DNA from: Antedon mediterranea
Lineage: Eukaryota > Animalia > Echinodermata
DNA length: 64,000 nucleotides
Direction of reading: 5' to 3'
NCBI RefSeq assembly: GCF_964355755.1
Contig: NC_092674.1
Span: 7,564,001-7,628,000 of the forward strand
The notes under the pieces are model-generated. The model had not been told where the DNA came from. It did no database searches and saw only the letters and a program-made list of their open reading frames with translations. Shown piece after piece: positions 49,301 to 63,100 of this stretch (its first letter is position 1; each line of letters begins with the position of its first letter). Both the position numbers and the translations under genes were made by a program.

Positions 49301-51258
49301 TCCTCCAAACTTCTTGCTGTTAATATGCAAGCAGAGTGGAACCGTAATTAAATAGCCATAACATCGGCAAGGGTTCGAGGCTCACTCGCTCCATGGTTCT
49401 GGTGGTAGAACGAGTCTTCTCGGATAAGGACTATAAACCGTAGGTCCAGTGTACACATAGCTCATGCGCACTTTAAAGAACCTAGTACATCTTTCGAGAC
49501 GAGTAGGGGGTTACCCCGGTGTACTAGTCCACACAAACACAGCCACTGTGCAAATTGGTACTGGACCGTTTTAGAGGTGTTTACCACCTGTTGGTCCAGA
49601 TCCTTCACTAACTGAGTTAGTGAGAAGTTGAATAAATAAATAAAAAAATAAATAAAAAGCAGAGAAAGTTGATCACTGTATAAGGTGTCTTGATAGCGAC
49701 CAGTCGATTACGCCTGATAATATTATTATCGTTATCAATCATTAATTATAATCCAAGCTTTCTGTTAGATTTTTATTATTTTTTTCCTATAATTTTTTTC
49801 AGATATTAGAATGCGAGTTCTACCTGTTGGAGTGTTTGGTAAGTATCAATTTCATTTTTCTGGTTGGACAGAGGTGCCTCCAAAATATTTGACCTACTAT
49901 AGTAGAATTTCTCTTGATTTAGGTTTCTGGTTGTTTCTTAATTGGAATACAATTGCTGGGATATTGTTGATATTTTCAGTTTGTCTTTAGATTTTAAATT
50001 AACTTTTTTTTTTATAATTTAGGATTGTTGTTTGGTTGTGTATCATCCTTATCGACCTTTGACCCAGTTTGTTGCAGACATGGGACAAGAGGAACAGTTG
50101 CTTCCGCTAGCTTGGTGAGAATAAAAAGAGAAAATAATTTGAAACCAAAGTATAGAATTAGATATTAACAACTTACTGTTTTAATTCCAGTAAAATTATG
50201 TATATTAAACAAGAAATTGATTTTCTCTTTCAGGAGAATTGTAAATGACAGTCTGCGGACAGATGTCAGTTTGATGTATCCACCATTTCTAATTGCCTTA
50301 GGTAAGCAGTTAAGCTCTTTCTACACTCTCAAACTTGTTTGACAAAAAAAAAGTGTGATGTGCCCAAATATGGTAGTGATATGCCCAAATATGGAAGTTA
50401 TATGACATTATCATGTCCATATATGGGCACATCCCATTTTTTTTTGTCACATAAAGTTTGAGAGTGTAGACAAGGCTTAACATTTGTAACAAAAGATTGA
50501 AGAAACAGAAATCTCACTTTTAGAGTATATATATTTTTAAAGCTTTCGATTTTAGGCTAGGTATATATACCAAGGAAGCTGGCTTATACACCCGAGCCTA
50601 TTTAAATAAATTGTTATACAATCATTTTTGCAGCATCTCTACACATGGCTTGTGTAATCTTGCAGAAAGACTCCAAGCACTGGTTCGCTGAACTAAGTGT
50701 AGATCTGGATAAGGTAAGTCACACCAGTTAGTGTTAAACGTAATAATTAGATAACCACCTACTCTTTCAAAAAAATCCACTGTGTTCTTTTTAAGTGGAT
50801 ACAATTGAGATGTGTACACTGGACCTCCACAGTTTTTGTTACCCGAAAATTTTAATTTCACATACAGTACAGTAATAGTTATTTAAAAAAATATTTCCCT
50901 ATAAACTGTAATTTAAAGCAAAACAAATAGTCAATTTGTCTTTCAAATAATGGGGTTTTTGTTTAGATTTATTTTGTCTTTTTATTAAAGTGAAAATATT
51001 TTTTTTTCTCTGCAAGTAAGGAATAAAATGCAAAATGGCCTATTCAAAATCTGATTTTATTAATTTTTATTTTCATGATTTTGGCGGACATTATTGTACA
51101 TCTTTAAAACTTTGTTTTTTTTCTTACAGATACTTGAGATTACTCAATATATACTCAAGTTGTATGATCTTTGGAAAAATTACGACGAGAAGACTGAAAT
51201 TCAAACTCTGCTTGCTAAGGTTCCCAAGCCTCAATCTCAACCACCTTCTCAGGGGTAA
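46328..51258 (+). CDS. CCNC: Cyclin C (Mediator CDK8-module cyclin)
   Basis: Exons 46328-46359, 46659-46765, 48029-48113, 48544-48613, 49123-49233, 49803-49838, 50023-50114, 50234-50301, 50634-50713, 51130-51258 give [88 protein letters not shown]..KVPKP, colinear with metazoan cyclin C. The 3' end is ambiguous: in-frame TAA at 51256, or a splice to a short last exon. Confidence 0.95.
47061..47922. mobile_element. Non-autonomous pogo/Tigger-like (Tc1-mariner) DNA transposon in a CCNC intron
   Basis: Perfect 23-bp TIRs ccgtatatttcggtgtataagtc / gacttatacaccgaaatatacgg, TA TSD, internal gtataagacgcacc repeats. Confidence 0.9.
48205..48420 (+). mobile_element. SINE (MetaSINE-like core), intronic
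   Basis: Homologous to 49336-49657 and 11390-11585. Confidence 0.7.
49336..49657 (+). mobile_element. SINE (MetaSINE-like core) with (AATA)n tail, intronic
   Basis: gggttcgagg, core tcttctcggataaggactataaaccgtaggtcc..taaagaacc, A-rich tail at 49631-49657. Confidence 0.75.
50313..50477. mobile_element. Harbinger-type MITE family C in a CCNC intron
   Basis: agctctttctacactctcaaact..agtttgagagtgtagacaaggct, inserted 11 nt after a splice donor. Confidence 0.85.
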
Positions 51259-52067
51259 GAAACAAAATGAATCTACAAGAAATTTATAATTTACAATTTT
51301 AAGTCAATACCATCATTGATAAAACTTAAGTGTCAATTCGCACTTTAGTTTTGTTTACAATCTCGTGGAAAACTAATTGTTACAAAACAAAATGTTTGTA
51401 TTTAACCGTCAGAAAATTGTAGTTGTCATTTAAACAACAACTCTTTAAAATATTCAAGAACGGCCTCGCAGAAGATTTTTCTTTGTTGCCCTTTCGGAAA
51501 ACACTATTTTTTCATCAGGGTTAATGAGAGTACCGAACATAGAGAAAAAATCAGAAATATAAAGCAGACATGAGCTGCACAAACTAGAGTACTCCAAAGA
51601 TCACTGCCAGACTCGATTTTTTCACTTTCCACAATTTAAATGGAGTTTACAGCATAAAAATACTCCTGTACAGTTGCATCCTTTCATATTTTTAATTCAG
51701 TAGCTAGCCTAACAGGAGGCTTCTGTGTTTCACCACCCCCCACCCCCTCATCACCTACATAATGGACAATTCTGTATAAAGTAGCCTGCGCATGCTGCTT
51801 TCCCACTTAGTAATGCCATGGTGATTTACCACCAGATATGTTTTTTAATCAGAATGTACAGTAAAAATGGTTGCATTTTGTGTATGAAAAATAATGTATG
51901 TCCATTGTGATGGCTGGCTTCCCTTAATCAAAAATCAGTTGAGATCTCGTATAAAGATTCCAAATCGCAAAATGCATTAATTTCTCAGTAAAGTAGCCTT
52001 CTTTTAAGATAATGTGATGTAAATGTTTTAAAGTTAAAACGAAGTATTGGTAATTTTGTATATAATG

Positions 52068-52242
52068 CAGGGGAAAATTTCATTTTTAAATTTTGTTTAG
52101 CAATATTGCTAATCAAACTGATTTTTTAGTCGAGAAACATAGTTTTGTATTGTTTTTTTTGCTACACAAATTAAAAAATCTGTAGCAAAATGGTTGTTTT
52201 GTATAGCTTTTTGCTATGCTACACTGGCGAAATTATTCCCTG
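52068..52242. mobile_element. MITE with CAGGG termini and 5-bp TSD (hAT5-like)
   Basis: caggggaaaatttc / gaaattattccctg (12/14 match); TAATG on both sides. Confidence 0.6.
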
Positions 52243-52851
52243 TAATGTATATATTTCTTATATTTGCAAAGGCAAATCATCGTAACAAGTCAGTGTTACT
52301 GTACATAGTTTATTTTATAGTAGGTGCATTGAGATTGCTAAACAGCTGGACTGGATTTAAAAATTTTTAGATTTTGTAGTGTCAACATTGTTAATGATTT
52401 TTATATCAATCAATAAATCATAATTTAAATTAATAACTGTTAAACTAACTACAACAAATCAGTGTATGTATAAAATATTGTATTTCTTTACTTTATCTTA
52501 AAAATACAATGTTTTATCTAAAGAATATCAAAGCTAGAAACTTATAAAAGTGCTTTGTGAACATATAAAATAGTTTAGAAAACTAATGAGAGCAGTTTAA
52601 TAGATTTATTCCGATTTAAGAATCAAATTAAATAGTTGATTAATAATTAATATTTCAACATTTAATATGTTTTCATCATTTAAGATAATGTAAACAGTTT
52701 TTGCTCAATTTTCTTTAAATAAACAAATGTTTAATATAAAAAACAAAAATAATTTGTCATTATGTAGTTTTTTGAATTTAGACAAATCCTGCTTTGATTG
52801 ATGTATAAAGAATGCAAACTGAACTAAATAGTAAATTTCTTTGAACCAACG

Positions 52852-54419
52852 ATCAAGAATTGCTCTGTCTACACTATCAAACTTATATATGGGCACATCA
52901 CATTTTGTTGTCAATCAAGAATTGCTCTGTCTACACTATCAAACTTATATATGAGCACATCACATTTTGTTGTCAATCAAGAATTGCTATGTCTACACTA
53001 TCAAACTTATATATGGGCACATCACATTTTGTTGTCAATCAAGAATTGCTCTGTCTACACTATCAAACTTATATATGGGCACATCACATTTTGTTGTCAA
53101 TCAAGAATTGCTCTGTCTACACTATCAAACTTATGGGCACATCACATTTTGTTGTCAATCAAGAATTGCTATGTCTACACTATCAAACTTATATATGGGC
53201 ACATCACATTTTGTTGTCAATCAAGAATTGCTCTGTCTACACTATCAAACTTATATATGGGCACATCACATTTTGTTGTCAATCAAGAATTGCTATGTCT
53301 ACACTATCAAACTTATATATGGGCACATCACATTTTGTTGTCAATCAAGAATTGCTCTTACACTATCAAACTTATGGGCACATCACATTTTGTTGTCAAT
53401 CAAGAATTGCTCTGTCTACACTATCAAACTTATATATGGGCACATCACATTTTGTTGTCAATCAAGAATTGCTATGTCTACACTATCAAACTTATATATG
53501 GGCACATCACATTTTGTTGTCAATCAAGAATTGCTCTGTCTACACTATCAAACTTATATATGGGCACATCACATTTTGTTGTCAATCAAGAATTGCTATG
53601 TCTACACTATCAAACTTATATATGGGCACATCACATTTTGTTGTCAATCAAGAATTGCTATGTCTACACTATCAAACTTATATATGGGCACATCACATTT
53701 TGTTGTCAATCAAGAATTGCTATGTCTACACTATCAAACTTATATATGGGCACATCACATTTTGTTGTCAATCAAGAATTGCTCTGTCTACACTATCAAA
53801 CTTATATATGGGCACATCACATTTTGTTGTCAATCAAGAATTGCTATGTCTACACTATCAAACTTATATATGGGCACATCACATTTTGTTGTCAATCAAG
53901 AATTGCTATGTCTACACTATCAAACTTATATATGGGCACATCACATTTTGTTGTCAATCAAGAATTGCTCTGTCTACACTATCAAACTTATATATGGGCA
54001 CATCACATTTTGTTGTCAATCAAGAATTGCTATGTCTACACTATCAAACTTATATATGGGCACATCACATTTTGTTGTCAATCAAGAATTGCTCTGTCTA
54101 CACTATCAAACTTATATATGGGCACATCACATTTTGTTGTCAATCAAGAATTGCTATGTCTGCACTATCAAACTTATATATGGGCACATCACATTTTGTT
54201 GTCAATCAAGAATTGCTATGTCTACACTATCAAACTTATATATGGGCACATCACATTTTGTTGTCAATCAAGAATTGCTCTGTCTACACTATCAAACTTA
54301 TATATGGGCACATCACATTTTGTTGTCAATCAAGAATTGCTATGTCTACACTATCAAACTTATATATGGGCACATCACATTTTGTTGTCACATAATGTTC
54401 TATAGTATAGACAAGAGCT
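52852..54419. repeat. 25-unit, 62-bp tandem array derived from MITE family C
   Basis: Unit gct(c/a)tgtctacactatcaaacttatatatgggcacatcacattttgttgtcaatcaagaatt; two shortened units; closes with the MITE right TIR (atagtatagacaagagct-tta). Confidence 0.97.
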
Positions 54420-57161
54420 TTAGACATTAGTCCCTTAGAATTGTATTTATTACATATTGTAAAACGAATAAAATCAAAACAAGGATAGGATAAAGAATTT
54501 GTTTTAAATTCATTTTTGTAAAGAATTCAGTTCAACTACCCATTTAAAAAAAATTTTTATTTAAAAATTGCTAGTTTTTAATGTTTTTTTAAATTGCACT
54601 TTTAAAAGCTTGTTCAATGTAGTTTGTATGCTTGCTTTTTTTTTTCTTTAAAAGTTAGTTTGCTTTGATTTATTCCATGCATTTTGTTTTGTATTGCTTT
54701 AGGCCTGCTTTTCTTTTAAAAATCGAGATTAGATTATTAATGTATGCTTTTAAGTTGCAATAGTCTAATAATGGCTTTCTAAACGTTTTTAATAACGCAA
54801 TAATGCTAAATAGTTTATTTCAGAACATATATTTCTATCAGTAGTAACATCCTTGTCGAAATAGACACAAAACCTAAATGAATCCTAAATTATAAAAAAA
54901 AAATTTCAATTAATAACATGTTTTCTTCTTCAATTCCAATGATGATAACGCCGATACATTTGTTATCATTTGTTTTTCTGAGCCACTCTATATTTTATTA
55001 TTGAATACATTTTTCTAACCAGCTTTAGGTCACTTTGAATTTGTTTGCAATATTTACTAGGGAAATTAGAGTTCACATGCATGTTTTTGCATGGCATTTT
55101 ATATTGCATTAGTTTTTTTCTGTTGTGTGCTTTAAGCTTGTTTGCTTGTACGTACGCCCAACGCAAGCGCGTTGACGGATCACAAGCTACAGTGATGTTC
55201 CATGGTGTGATTGAACCCGTTACGTAATGTACTGGTCAATTTACTGTATGTTGACGAACCGTACGGTAACGACCAAACTAATCTTCAAACATAATTTTCC
55301 CAAATGCTCAAATTAAAGATTTCCTATTTAATCAGGGAAAACATAATATCACTCTTCCCTGACCATACCAAGTCAAATACAGCAACAGTACATCTCCTTG
55401 CCAAGATAGGAACTCGTAACAATCGTTTGATCTTATGACTGGCTGCAACAAATTCATACTAGTTGCAGATACAGCACTGTACTATCTGGCGCGATGTCTG
55501 TTTGAGGAAGCCAGTTGGCCAATCTAAAGTCAGTCAAGCGTTTAGAAGCGTGCAACTTATCGTGTCGCAACCACAGATAAACCCTTTGAAGATCAACATC
55601 ATGTACTGTTATATTGCCTTGATTATATTATGTGATAACTTTTTTTTCTTTTGTTAACACCATCAATTCGATGAAAATAATATTAACAAAACACATCAGA
55701 AAAAAAATTACTGTTGTATGCGTTTTAATTTGAAATACAAATATAAGTTATTAAACAAACGTATTGAAAGAAATGACAATAAAATTGCGTAAATAATGAG
55801 TATCTACATGGCCACCAGAATGGTAATCACCCCAAGATAGTATACTTTAATCTCTTTAAAAAGTCTAGATTTGAATACCGAATCTGAGAATTCATGTTAG
55901 CCACCACAAGTCACAGTAATAATACTATGTAATGTATACAAAATATACAATATTTAAATCTAAAACTATTATTTGTTTTCTGCAGGGTGGCCCGTTCCTC
56001 CCCGGCTAACTTTGTGCGAATTTCTTCTCACGTGAGTAAGTAGCCGGACAGCAGATTTACAAGTGAAGTGTTGCCATCATCTAATATTTCACCTAGGCCA
56101 TGTTTACCATACGTACCTATATTTCAAATATTAAATCTTACAGTTTAATGACTGTGTTGTACGTAATACATTACAATTATTCAATAGGCCTAATTTAAAA
56201 TAACTGTACGATTATTGGAACACAAATATTTCAAAAGTCTGGAATTACAACTAGGAGTATTCATTTACATATTGGTGACATGTGCGTGAAAGTAATGGAA
56301 CAAATCATTGGAAGCACGGAGTTGACGCAATATTGGTGGTATGACAGGGAGTTATTTATTATTGTTATTCATCAATTAAACCAAAGAGTATTTTTTTCCG
56401 GTAACATCTTCCATTTGTGTGGTTCTAGAGACTAATAAATTATTTATGAAGATACCAACTACTTTTTATTGTCTTGCATAGAAACATTTTATTTTCTAAT
56501 ATAGGCCTATGTAAAAAAAAGCCATACATGCAAAATCCATGGGTCCAATATACTATACTAACTATGCATATAGTAACCAAAAAAGCCAATTCGTTGGATG
56601 TTAATACATTTTAAACCATTAATTTATTTACAGTATGAGGTTACGGCATAGACAACTCAAAGTTTTAAAGTTAACATTTTGGCACAAAGCCAACACTTGG
56701 GTCTAGTTTCAAACATTTAAGCAACTACAGTACGTAACGGCATATCTTTTGTTGTCAAAACTTGTCCTAAAATTTTTTTGTAATTTATTTAGATTGCATG
56801 AGTGTTATACTTTCTTGTTGCGAATACTATTAGAAAGAACATGACGTAACGAATATTAAACGTAACACAAACGTCCATAGTAATGCTTTCAGTATATACC
56901 ATGGTAAACTTACGTAATAATAGCTACACCACAGAAAAACGGTAATATAGATGTTGTTTCTATATTGTTAAGTACCATTATTTGCCGTAATTACCCAGCA
57001 CATCGGCATACCAGCTACAGTACGTAACATTGAATATGTGAATGTAGTTCTCCGCGTATATCTCGTCTTCTTTGCAACTCTTTCTGAGTAAAATGATAGT
57101 AAGTTGGTTTTGACAAAAGCTTCGTGACATGTGTGGTAGTATAATCATAGCGCTTATTCGA

Positions 57162-60100
57162 TCATGGTTGGTTATCCAATTTATTGGTTGTGTTATGTTG
57201 GTCTAACGATACGTCATTCGCAACAAAGGCAGCGTTTCCTATTCCAGTTGGTGTCCGTGTGCTTACCTCATCTAACAATCCAGAATGCTTTGTACCCTCT
57301 TCTTTTTCTGGTGCAATAAAAATGCGTGTCGTGTAGTCGCCATCAACCGACTCGGAATTTTTTACAAGCTCCTTTTCGTCAGGTGCATCTATCAACCCAG
57401 AATTCTTCACACTATCTTTTTCCTCTGTTGAAACCGAAATGCGCATAGTGCAGTTGTCATAAAACCCGGAATTTTTTGCGCTCTCTTTCTCATCCGGTTC
57501 AATTAGAGTGCGCGTCGTGTAGTCATTCACGAACCCAGCATTCTTTGCTATAGACGTTTGCGTTGTGTAGTCCTCCACAAACGTGGAATCGACAGCAGGC
57601 CTGCTATTGTCAACAACGGTTAAGTAGTACGGAGTTTCCTTTTTTTCTTTTTCATTTGACTTTTCTACGACGTCCGCCTTACCTTCTTCAGTAGTCGGTA
57701 ACAAGTAGCCATCTACCATTTCGTCAGTTTTTCTTTGGTCCCCATTATCATCCACTGTTAAATAATATGGCGTTTCCTTAATCTGTCCGTTTTCAGTATC
57801 ATTCGGTATCATTTCTTCTGGTTTTATTGAATCACAATTGTCGTCAACTGTTAAATAGTATGGTGTTTGTCCACCACCACCGCTCCCATTCTGCTGTGGC
57901 AGTCTACCGTCTTCCACGTTTGCAATTGTGGCATTTGCATTTATGCGTGCAAGCATTGCTGGGTTTTCTCTGGCAATGTTTGCAATTATATTGTAGTCCG
58001 GGTCGTCATAAATGTCGTCATTAGGATCAGGTAGTGGGCGTTTAGCCATATCGAAAGTTGGTCTATAAAATAGAAGAGTTTTTAAGCATTAGGGCATCAT
58101 TACAATATTTAAAATAATGCTGCATCGTTGTCTTTTCTACTGGGCTATTCTATTATTTTTGCTATAGTACTGCTGCTACTGGTACGATTTTGTCCACTTT
58201 TTAGGGCTATTGCCATGGTGCTGCTTTTATCATTTCTGCTAGAATACTGCTATTTATACTGATAGTTTACTATTAATATGATGTTGCTTCTACCGTGCTG
58301 CTACATTGCTATCGACACGTTACTGATGTCACTATTATTATTGATGTTCTATTGCTATTTATACTGTAATGCTTCTGCCACACAGACCTTTATGTTAGGT
58401 AGTGGTGGTGTTGCTTTTAGTTGTGTTGCGGTTGGTTGTTGTGGTGGTGGTGGTATTGCTGTTGGTTGTTGTGATGGTGGTATTGCTGTTGGTTGTTGTG
58501 GTGGTGGTATTGCTGTTGGTCGTGGTGGTGGAGATATTGCTGTTGGTCGTGGTTGTGGTGGTATTGCTGTTGGTTGTTGTGCTATTGCTGTTGGTTGTTG
58601 TTAATGTGGTGTTATGGTAGCGATGGTGTTATGGTAGCGGTGGTGTTGCTGTTGGTTGTGGTGTTGCTGTTGGTTGTGATCACTGGTGGTGGTATTGCTT
58701 TTGGTTGTTGTGGTCACTGATGGTGTTATTGTTGTTGGTTGTGGTGTTGTTGGCTGTGGTGTCGATGGTGTTTAGTGGTAGCGGCAGCAAAATCAGCGAT
58801 AGATAGACACTTCATAGTGTCCAGTAAACTACATTTGCAAATGGCTTAATATATTTTATCAATTTATACTTACTTAATTAACCCATTTCCTTGTGATTCT
58901 TCTTTGCTTGATTTTGATATTCGAAAAACAATGATACTGATGACAACTATCACTACAACGATGCAGGCAATACAACCCAATGACATCCAAACTATATCAA
59001 TGCTTGAGATACCTAAAAATGATAATATTAATATTCTTACTGGATGCCAGTGTTCCGTTTCCCGCAATTTTGTAACTATTGAACAAAACAGAGTCGTATT
59101 TCGTTCAGTCAAACCAGGGAAGAGTGTAATTTCAATGGAGCTCAATAGTGTTAAATTTCAACTATGCTTATTCAGACCAGGTTTTCCACAATAAGCACTT
59201 TCAGTACATACTGTACATACATTTTACAATTAACATTTTGAAAAATGAAAACAATAACTTTGGGAACGTCCTTGAAAAGATTCAAATTTCATGTTTGCCT
59301 TGTTGTGGTCATGACACAGTAAAGATTTATTTTATCTTATCTTTTAAAATTTTAAATTAACATTATAAATTTGCTTATAGCTTCCATGCAACTTCGTTAC
59401 TAATATACAATCTGATTAGCTAAATCGGAATTACTGAAGCTTACCTTTCACATTTACTGAAGAAACCTGTGTTGTCTGGAGAGGCAGTGACACTGTCGAT
59501 GCAAAACCGAAATCGCCTTTATAAAAATTAAATAAAAAATAATTAGCGTTAAACAATTTCAAAATAAATAATTCAATGACCCATCTCCATTTCCCAGAAA
59601 ATCGTATCACCACATTCATTTTTTTGAAAATAATAACCAAACTCCAACCAGACAAAACATATATCGATATGTAATAATAATAATAATAATAGTGAAATCA
59701 GTTTAAAATTTTAAGTTTTATTGTTATCATCCGATAATGAATTTTTCTTTCATATACGTGTTTGACTTTCTTTACCTCCACATCTTGCTTCACATTCCTC
59801 AATAGTGGCAAAATTGTTTTCATTTCCGTTGCAATAATATTCAAAATCTGTACACCCCGACGTATCACTAAAGTAATATCGAGACTCTGGTGAGATGATG
59901 TCACATGATGACGAGTTACCCGCAGATAATGGCAGAGAGCAAAAATCTGCAATTAAAAAAATCACAATAGCAAAATTAATATTATAAATCGAATATGTCA
60001 TATGTCAGAATTTTTTCTCGTGACAATTTGCAACTCCCAGACTTGTAATAAGTCTGTGTTTATGTAGAGCATCTTGTGTATATGTTTGTCTTGTGAACGG

Positions 60101-63100
60101 GATTGCCACCATTGAAAAGGATAGTGAATGAATTCACTTGTGGTTATCTAAGGTACAGTAGTATTCACACTCGTCACATTTGATGCATTGTACTGTGGAT
60201 ACATAAAATACTCTATACATGAGGAAGTACAATTGAAAGAGTGAAGTGGTGGAAGAGAGACCACACACTCCTTAAAATTTATTCCAAAAGATAGAACATT
60301 AGTTCAGCACTTTTTTAAAGTTTGTGAACCCAAACACTATTTATCTGCGGTTATCCCTGTTCTTCTTTCCACTTGTTTTTATTAGGATGACTTACGTGTA
60401 CATAAGAATTCCGTATCTGTATTCCATTTTCCCATCTCAGTACATGTTATTTTAGAAAGAACATGGCTTCTATAGAATTGCGGAATGCAATATATATCAC
60501 AGGTTGTGTTAACCGATCGAGTGCAGTTGTCTTCCACGCCTCCACCAAGAAATGTCTTAGGACAAAGTATGTCTTTGAAATTAAATAAATAACAAATTGT
60601 TATTTTTGACACCATGTTTGAGTGACAGTATAAGGTGTAGAACACCTCCTTTTGGACACCCCTGTAATAATAATACCACATTTATATAGCGCCCTTTTCA
60701 TGAGTAATCATGCTCAAAGGCGCTTTACAAGCATTATTACCCCAGTGTTTTTTGGGATCAAACACGTATGGAAACATACTCCCATTATGCAGCCGGTAAC
60801 CAGCGCAAAGTTGTGTCTAGATCTAACTGGGTACCCATTTATACACCTGGGTGGAGAGAGGCAACGTAAGTAAAGTATCTTGCCTACGGATACAAGCAAT
60901 GCGGCAAGAGTTGGATTCGAACCTAGGTCTGACGATCGGTAGTCCAACGTCCAACACACTGCGCCACACGTCCTTACTGTACGTCCTGTACAGGTTAAAA
61001 AAGGCAACATGGCCGTGAAACTAATAAGGAGTAGTGTATGTTTTATACTATAACAGGCAGACTCTTTAGTGGAAACCCATGGAGACACCACTATTAATTG
61101 GACTCTTTAGTGGTTGGCGCACTGGTTATCTGTCAAGATGGGTGAGCTAATTTGTGTGGAATTTTAATACACTTGTGCTAAATCTGTAGTTACCTGTGTC
61201 ACAACGTTTATTGTCAGATAAAAGAAGTATACCGTCAGAGCATGCACATGTTACTTGCCCTGCCACTCGCCCAGGTAGACAAATATGGCTACAACCTCCA
61301 TTATCTTGAAGACATCCATTTTCTTCTGCATCCGTTTCTGTTGACGATTAAGAAACGATAGTCTAATTCACATGATGGGAACATGAGTTTGTTCGCAAAT
61401 TATTATTTTTTTCATACTAAACAATGTGAGTGTTCCAACTCCCTTTTACGGAACCATTGTTATGCAACTAAAATAACATTTTCACATACACTACTCTCAT
61501 CATTGTACCTTGTAATGTTGATATAGATGCATGATAGTGAATTGATGAAATCTTCCCAAAGTGGTTGTCATCGAAATTTGTTGCTTCTCCGTTTTCTTCT
61601 AAATGCTGAAGACTTGTTTCAAAGTCGTCACTCCATACAACGTCATCAAACATTACACTAAGGCTGCTAGGTCTGGTAGTTGAGTTAAAGTATATCATTG
61701 GACTGGTGCCATCAAGAGTTATGCTTTCGATTATACCAGCATTCTCGTCACACCAATATAATCGATTCTCTGGTGAAAAATATTTCAAAATACAGTACAA
61801 CGTATTACTTTGACCATTCAGAATAGTTTTGTCTGTCATATTCTTATTATTATTCTTATCTTATTACGTAAGACAATTGGTAGGTAAGGTAAAGTCGAAA
61901 CCTAATGCTAACGGCCGTGGTGCCTATCTACATTTCTTTTCGTTTGGGCCAGACTCCACTAAGTGTGTATATTTAACTCCTGCACAAACGAGTCTGATTT
62001 ACCTTCCCAGTACTTTTTACATACCGGTACCCATTTCTATCACCTGGGTGGGGAGGAACAATGTGGATAAATAATCTTGCTCAAGGACTCAACACTGCAG
62101 TGACCGAGCCGGGGCTTGAACCAACAACCTCTTGATTGCAAGTCCAATGCTCTAATCACTGCGCAACAGCGCTCCAATTCTACTTACCGTCAAACTTGAT
62201 AACTAGTCCAGAGGGCTTACTAATTAATTCTGACACTGGTAATTTACGTTCACTTCCACCGTCCATGTACGCCGTACCAATAGCCGGGTTATTTCCTTGT
62301 ACCGACCAAAATAATCTTCTGTAAAGTCAAAACATGTATTGGTATACTGTACTAAAACTCTTTTCTCATTTATCTCAGCCTCCATGTTAGTTGGAGATTA
62401 TTACGTTTGATAAGCAATATTTAACTTGTCGATATCTTCTTGAATTTATAAAAAAAGGGGGAAAATGTGATACCTCCCGATAGGATCCACTACTATATCA
62501 CGTAATTCTTTGTCCAATTCGTCGATCAGAGTATACCTGACTGAGCCATCTAGATAGGACACTTCGATCTTCCTTAATACCGAATCGGTCCAAAACACCA
62601 GACGTGTAATATAATCTACAGCAATGCCCTTTGGTGCTAGAAAAAAAAGACACGCTTGTATTACGAAAAGCTAAAATTGTCTCACAGTAGGATCCACTAC
62701 TATATTTTGTAGTTTGTCGCCCGAAGTAAATATCATGGTATACCGAATCTATCTAACAACATCAGAAGTGTAATAGTCTACAGCAATGCATTTTACACAT
62801 TTGTACTATGGAACGCCGAATTGTATGCCAATAAAGTATACTGTATCACGTGTTCTTCGTCATCGGCGTGTTCGATGCTATCTTGATTGGATACAGTAGT
62901 TCAATCGTTATCAATACCGAATCAACAACAATGCATTTTGGTGCTGAATAACTAGAAACAAATTGTAATATACAACGTCAAATACGTGGTAGACTAAACT
63001 TACCGATGATGTTTTCGTCTTTGATGATACTTTCGACGTTACTACCATCTAGAGACGACCTTTGAACTATGCTTCCATCTATCCAGTATACTCGTCGTTC

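Noticed and set aside
51488-51525. Hammerhead-like CTGATGA..CGAAA on the minus strand
   Set aside because: Stem II closing pair is not canonical and no convincing stems I/III were found; the + strand reads equally well as a splice acceptor (ttttttcatcag).
52860-54430. Three overlapping ~500-aa ORFs
   Set aside because: Artefact of a 62-bp repeat that lacks stops on the + strand; all three frames give the same cyclic peptide and the unit is MITE-derived.
58278-58720. Gly/Cys/Val/Trp-rich ORFs
   Set aside because: Low-complexity GTT/GGT intronic repeat on the antisense strand of the receptor gene.
60000-60200. Possible extra Cys-rich exon (CIKCDECEYYC) in the receptor gene
   Set aside because: In-frame stop shortly after and no usable donor; at most a decayed exon.
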